Shown here: positions 40,121 to 42,824 of the stretch, piece after piece
Position numbering within the stretch: the stretch's first letter is position 1
How the letters are laid out: the number at the start of each line of letters is the position of its first letter
DNA from: a virus
Strand: one strand, 5' to 3'
DNA: 42,824 bases
IMG/VR virus record: IMGVR_UViG_2716884767_000001
Location: 167,510 to 210,333 of that record
Position numbers and translations under genes: made by a program
Notes under the pieces: model-generated
Told to the model about the DNA's origin: nothing
Database searches by the model: none
What the model saw: the letters and a program-made list of their open reading frames with translations, nothing else

Positions 40121-40636
40121 ATGACAGTAACAGAACTCAACCCACCCAAGAACGAATCCCTAGAGGAGTTCATCAAAAGAGATCAGATCAAACAACAACT
40201 CAGAGAGAATGTTAAAGTCTGGACTGAGCAGTATTGTGATGCCATCACACAGAACTACAAAGAGTATCACATCAGATCATTACAGAGAAATCTATCAGGA
40301 GATTACCCAGAGTATGCTCAACAGCAGTTGGATGAGTTAGAGAACGGAACAGCAAACTTAATGAAGTTTCGTATCCAAGAAGGTCGTAGGTATTATAAAA
40401 TCATACAACAGAATTATCGTGAGTACAATGACTACTACCCAAATCTAAAAGAAGGTTATCATGATGGAAGTGTTCATTCATTTGTTGATAAGAATACAGG
40501 AGAAGTTTATATGGCAGCATCATGGAGTAGTCCAGCGAAGCATGTAAGATTTGACATGAGAGTGATAAGAGACAGGACATTGATGCACACACCAAGTTTT
40601 GTGACTTGGAATACTGGATACTTATACATGAGGTAA
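40121..40636 (+). CDS. Conserved phage hypothetical protein (171 aa)
   Basis: GRRYYKI...SVHSFVDK.TGEVY.AASW..PAK.VR motif; follows a promoter element. Confidence 0.75.
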   Translation: MTVTELNPPKNESLEEFIKRDQIKQQLRENVKVWTEQYCDAITQNYKEYHIRSLQRNLSGDYPEYAQQQLDELENGTANLMKFRIQEGRRYYKIIQQNYREYNDYYPNLKEGYHDGSVHSFVDKNTGEVYMAASWSSPAKHVRFDMRVIRDRTLMHTPSFVTWNTGYLYMR

Positions 40637-40641
40637 ACACA

Positions 40642-40803
40642 ATGCTACTTAATTTAACAAAAGAAGAACTTTGTCTCATTTCGATAGCACTTAATGAGTA
40701 TCAAATGAACAGAGACAACTATCATCTTGAGGAAATGGCAGAAATTTCAACTAAAATTGATAATTCATACAAAATGTGTACTTGCAAGGAGAAAATCCAA
40801 TGA
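40642..40803 (+). CDS. Hypothetical protein (53 aa)
   Basis: RBS GAGGT upstream of ATG 40642. Confidence 0.6.
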   Translation: MLLNLTKEELCLISIALNEYQMNRDNYHLEEMAEISTKIDNSYKMCTCKEKIQ

Positions 40804-40891
40804 ATGTATCAAATGATACCAATTTGCTCCTCTCAGGATCGTCTGTAACACCCCTGATTTTAACTTAGGGTATGATAGTATCCCCCTGATA

Positions 40892-40950
40892 TGTGCCAGT
40901 TTAATTAGTGTCACAAGTTTCCTACCATTTTACTTGATAGGGATTATAAT
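40892..40950 (+). promoter_or_regulatory. Dyad-promoter element copy 5 (most symmetric)
   Basis: TGTGCCAGT-TTAATT-AGTGTCACA, then 29 nt, then TATAAT. Confidence 0.82.
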
Positions 40951-40979
40951 AAGTACATAAGCAAAGAGGTTTCCCACTC

Positions 40980-41219
40980 ATGAACAACTTTAAAGAATTT
41001 CTTGATTATTGTGAGTCATTCTACTCACCATCACACCCAGATGTATTATATCCGATTGATGGATTGACCAGAGAAGAGTTAGCACTTGCAACTCTTAACT
41101 ATCTTGACCAATGTGAAGAGGGAACTCATGTCACATGGGGAGACGGAGACTCACTTGACAGAGAGAGAGTAAGACAGTTTGTAATTGACAGAAGAGCAGT
41201 ACTACAGGAGGTTGCATAA
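40980..41219 (+). CDS. Hypothetical acidic protein (79 aa)
   Basis: RBS GAGGT; GDSLDRERVR motif. Confidence 0.75.
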   Translation: MNNFKEFLDYCESFYSPSHPDVLYPIDGLTREELALATLNYLDQCEEGTHVTWGDGDSLDRERVRQFVIDRRAVLQEVA

Positions 41220-41299
41220 TGTTAAAGTTACTATTGATACTTGTAATCATCATATTTTTTGTTATAATATACTTAAGATCATTTGACCCACATGCTTAA
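41219..41299 (+). CDS. Small membrane peptide (26 aa, MLKLLLILVIIIFFVIIYLRSFDPHA)
   Basis: RBS AGGAGG, TAATG coupling, single hydrophobic helix. Confidence 0.5.
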   Translation: MLKLLLILVIIIFFVIIYLRSFDPHA

Positions 41300-42221
41300 T
41301 TTACACATTGAACACCCAGAAGATACAATTCTAACTGGTAGTCTTGACTTTCTCAAAGCAATCAAGTCTTATACAGTCGCACCACATGGACATATATCAG
41401 TCAAGATTGATGGTTCGCCTGCAATCGTGTGGGGAACTCATCCTGTCACTCATAAGTTTTTTGTTGGTACGAAGTCAGTATTCAACAAAAAGTTAATCAA
41501 GGTCAATTATACTCATAAGGACATTGACAACAACCATAAGGGATTAGTTGCAATTATCCTACATGCCTGTCTATCAAGTCTACCGAAGACAGAGTACATT
41601 TATCAGGGAGATTTTCTTGGATTCGGTGGAGACAACACTTTCCAACCGAATACAGTTACCTATGTGTTTCCTGAGAATGTACAACAGACAATCATAGTTG
41701 CACCCCATACACAGTATGAGATTGACCAATGTGTTCCAAGTCCAAGTCTCAATGCACTTCGTGATACCATTGCAATACCACTCTATGAACAATTAGAAAG
41801 TACGGATAAGACTTTCTTTTATCAACCACTTGCAATTATGAGTATCAATGATTCTCTTAAGGAGAGAATTGACTTTGCACTTCAAATTGCTCAGTTGGTC
41901 AAGTTTCTTGATAAGGACATGGCAAAGGCACTTCAGTATGAATTGAATCAGCACATCAAACAAGGTAGAAAAATTGATTCTGATGACTATGGGGATTCTG
42001 GTTATGGTCAACTGGTTGGATTCTACAACTTGATTATGGAGATCAAAGAAGAACTTTTATCATGTTGTAAAAGTAATCAGGTTGCAATGACCTTGATTGA
42101 AGGAGAGGAGTGCGATGGAGAAGGTTATGTATTCCATAGTGGTTATGGTTCATTTAAATTGATTGACCGTAGATATTTTAGTTTCTATAATTTTAAATTG
42201 CATCAGGAGTGGAGCGGTTAA
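41292..42221 (+). CDS. Uncharacterised protein with ATP-dependent ligase/nucleotidyltransferase-like motifs (309 aa)
   Basis: SVKIDG (motif I KxDG), YQGDF (III-like), GEGYV (IV), FKL (V). Confidence 0.6.
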   Translation: MLNLHIEHPEDTILTGSLDFLKAIKSYTVAPHGHISVKIDGSPAIVWGTHPVTHKFFVGTKSVFNKKLIKVNYTHKDIDNNHKGLVAIILHACLSSLPKTEYIYQGDFLGFGGDNTFQPNTVTYVFPENVQQTIIVAPHTQYEIDQCVPSPSLNALRDTIAIPLYEQLESTDKTFFYQPLAIMSINDSLKERIDFALQIAQLVKFLDKDMAKALQYELNQHIKQGRKIDSDDYGDSGYGQLVGFYNLIMEIKEELLSCCKSNQVAMTLIEGEECDGEGYVFHSGYGSFKLIDRRYFSFYNFKLHQEWSG

Positions 42222-42269
42222 TTAACTGTCACACACCACACACCATTTCATCCATTTATGGATTATAAT
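42210..42269 (+). promoter_or_regulatory. Dyad-promoter element copy 6
   Basis: TGGAGCGGTT-AATT-AACTGTCACA, then 30 nt, then TATAAT; leader nearly identical to copy 5. Confidence 0.82.
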
Positions 42270-42298
42270 AAAGTATAAGCAAAGGAGGTTTCCCACTC

Positions 42299-42520
42299 AT
42301 GACTAAAGAAGATCAACTGATCGCAGACATCGCATATTGTGTTGATGACCTCGAACTCAATGATGACCAAATCGGTATTTTTCTCAGAGCATCCGAAGAA
42401 TTAGGTGTCAGTTGCCGATACATGGCAGAGGAATTTGTATTTGAGAGTGACACACTTGAGGAGTTTGAGAGACTACACCTTGACCCAGAATATCTTAAAA
42501 TCAACTGGAGGTTAAACTAA
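42299..42520 (+). CDS. Hypothetical acidic protein (73 aa)
   Basis: RBS AAGGAGG; follows a promoter element. Confidence 0.75.
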   Translation: MTKEDQLIADIAYCVDDLELNDDQIGIFLRASEELGVSCRYMAEEFVFESDTLEEFERLHLDPEYLKINWRLN

Positions 42521-42804
42521 TGAACGCAACACAACTTACAAAAGAGCAACTAGCAGATCTCAAAAGAGAGTTTGCTCATCTGATGATCGGAGACATGTCA
42601 CCCAAAGAACTGTTTGAGTTCGCAATTCACAGAATTACATGTGATGTGGCACTGATGAGACAGGAAGAACTCAAAGATCATATTGATGAATATGATGAAT
42701 ATGCCTATGAAGTCTTGGAGGACTATGTGACCGATACAGTCGGTTCATATGAAATCTACCAAGAGTTTCTATCTGATCGCAATTCAACATGGGAGAGAGA
42801 TTAA
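42520..42804 (+). CDS. Hypothetical acidic protein (94 aa)
   Basis: RBS GGAGG, TAATG coupling. Confidence 0.75.
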   Translation: MNATQLTKEQLADLKREFAHLMIGDMSPKELFEFAIHRITCDVALMRQEELKDHIDEYDEYAYEVLEDYVTDTVGSYEIYQEFLSDRNSTWERD

Positions 42805-42824
42805 TGCCGACAGTACCGACCTAT

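Noticed and set aside
34781-42233. Dyad as a canonical CRP site
   Set aside because: It shares the TCACA half-site, but the spacing between TGTG and TCACA is far longer than CRP's TGTGA-N6-TCACA.
1-42824. tRNA, rRNA, integrase or transposase genes
   Set aside because: None recognised; intergenic gaps are short and explained by promoters and terminators.

Overview
AT-rich segment of a large T4-like marine cyanophage (cyanomyovirus). Basis: a cp12 gene, ATAAATA late-promoter motifs, several 2OG-Fe(II) oxygenases and cyanophage-type giant fibre proteins. A Prochlorococcus-type host is an inference from the low GC. 1-34718 is a late, almost entirely + strand tail-fibre/adhesin region. It holds two giant modular fibres (2104 and 3321 aa), small fibre-associated proteins, a tail-collar/collagen/Gly-rich protein, an 1873-aa and a 666-aa structural protein, and a gp38-like polyglycine adhesin. 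Each Gly-rich gene is followed by a cluster of oxygenase/cupin genes, and the first cluster also has a carbamoyltransferase. 34719-42824 is an early-type region of short operons: SF2 helicase, PD-(D/E)xK-like nuclease, cytidylyltransferase, amino-methyltransferase, CP12, ArdA-like DNA mimic, ligase-fold protein and many small acidic or membrane proteins. Six operons start at a conserved 24-bp dyad ending in TGTCACA, 28-30 nt upstream of a -10 box. The upstream gene's stop codon often lies inside the element, which gives a cassette-like layout. The fibre genes carry a linker conserved at nucleotide level (CTTCGCATC...GGTATCGGAAC) between interchangeable modules. All calls come from reading motifs by eye; no searches were run.
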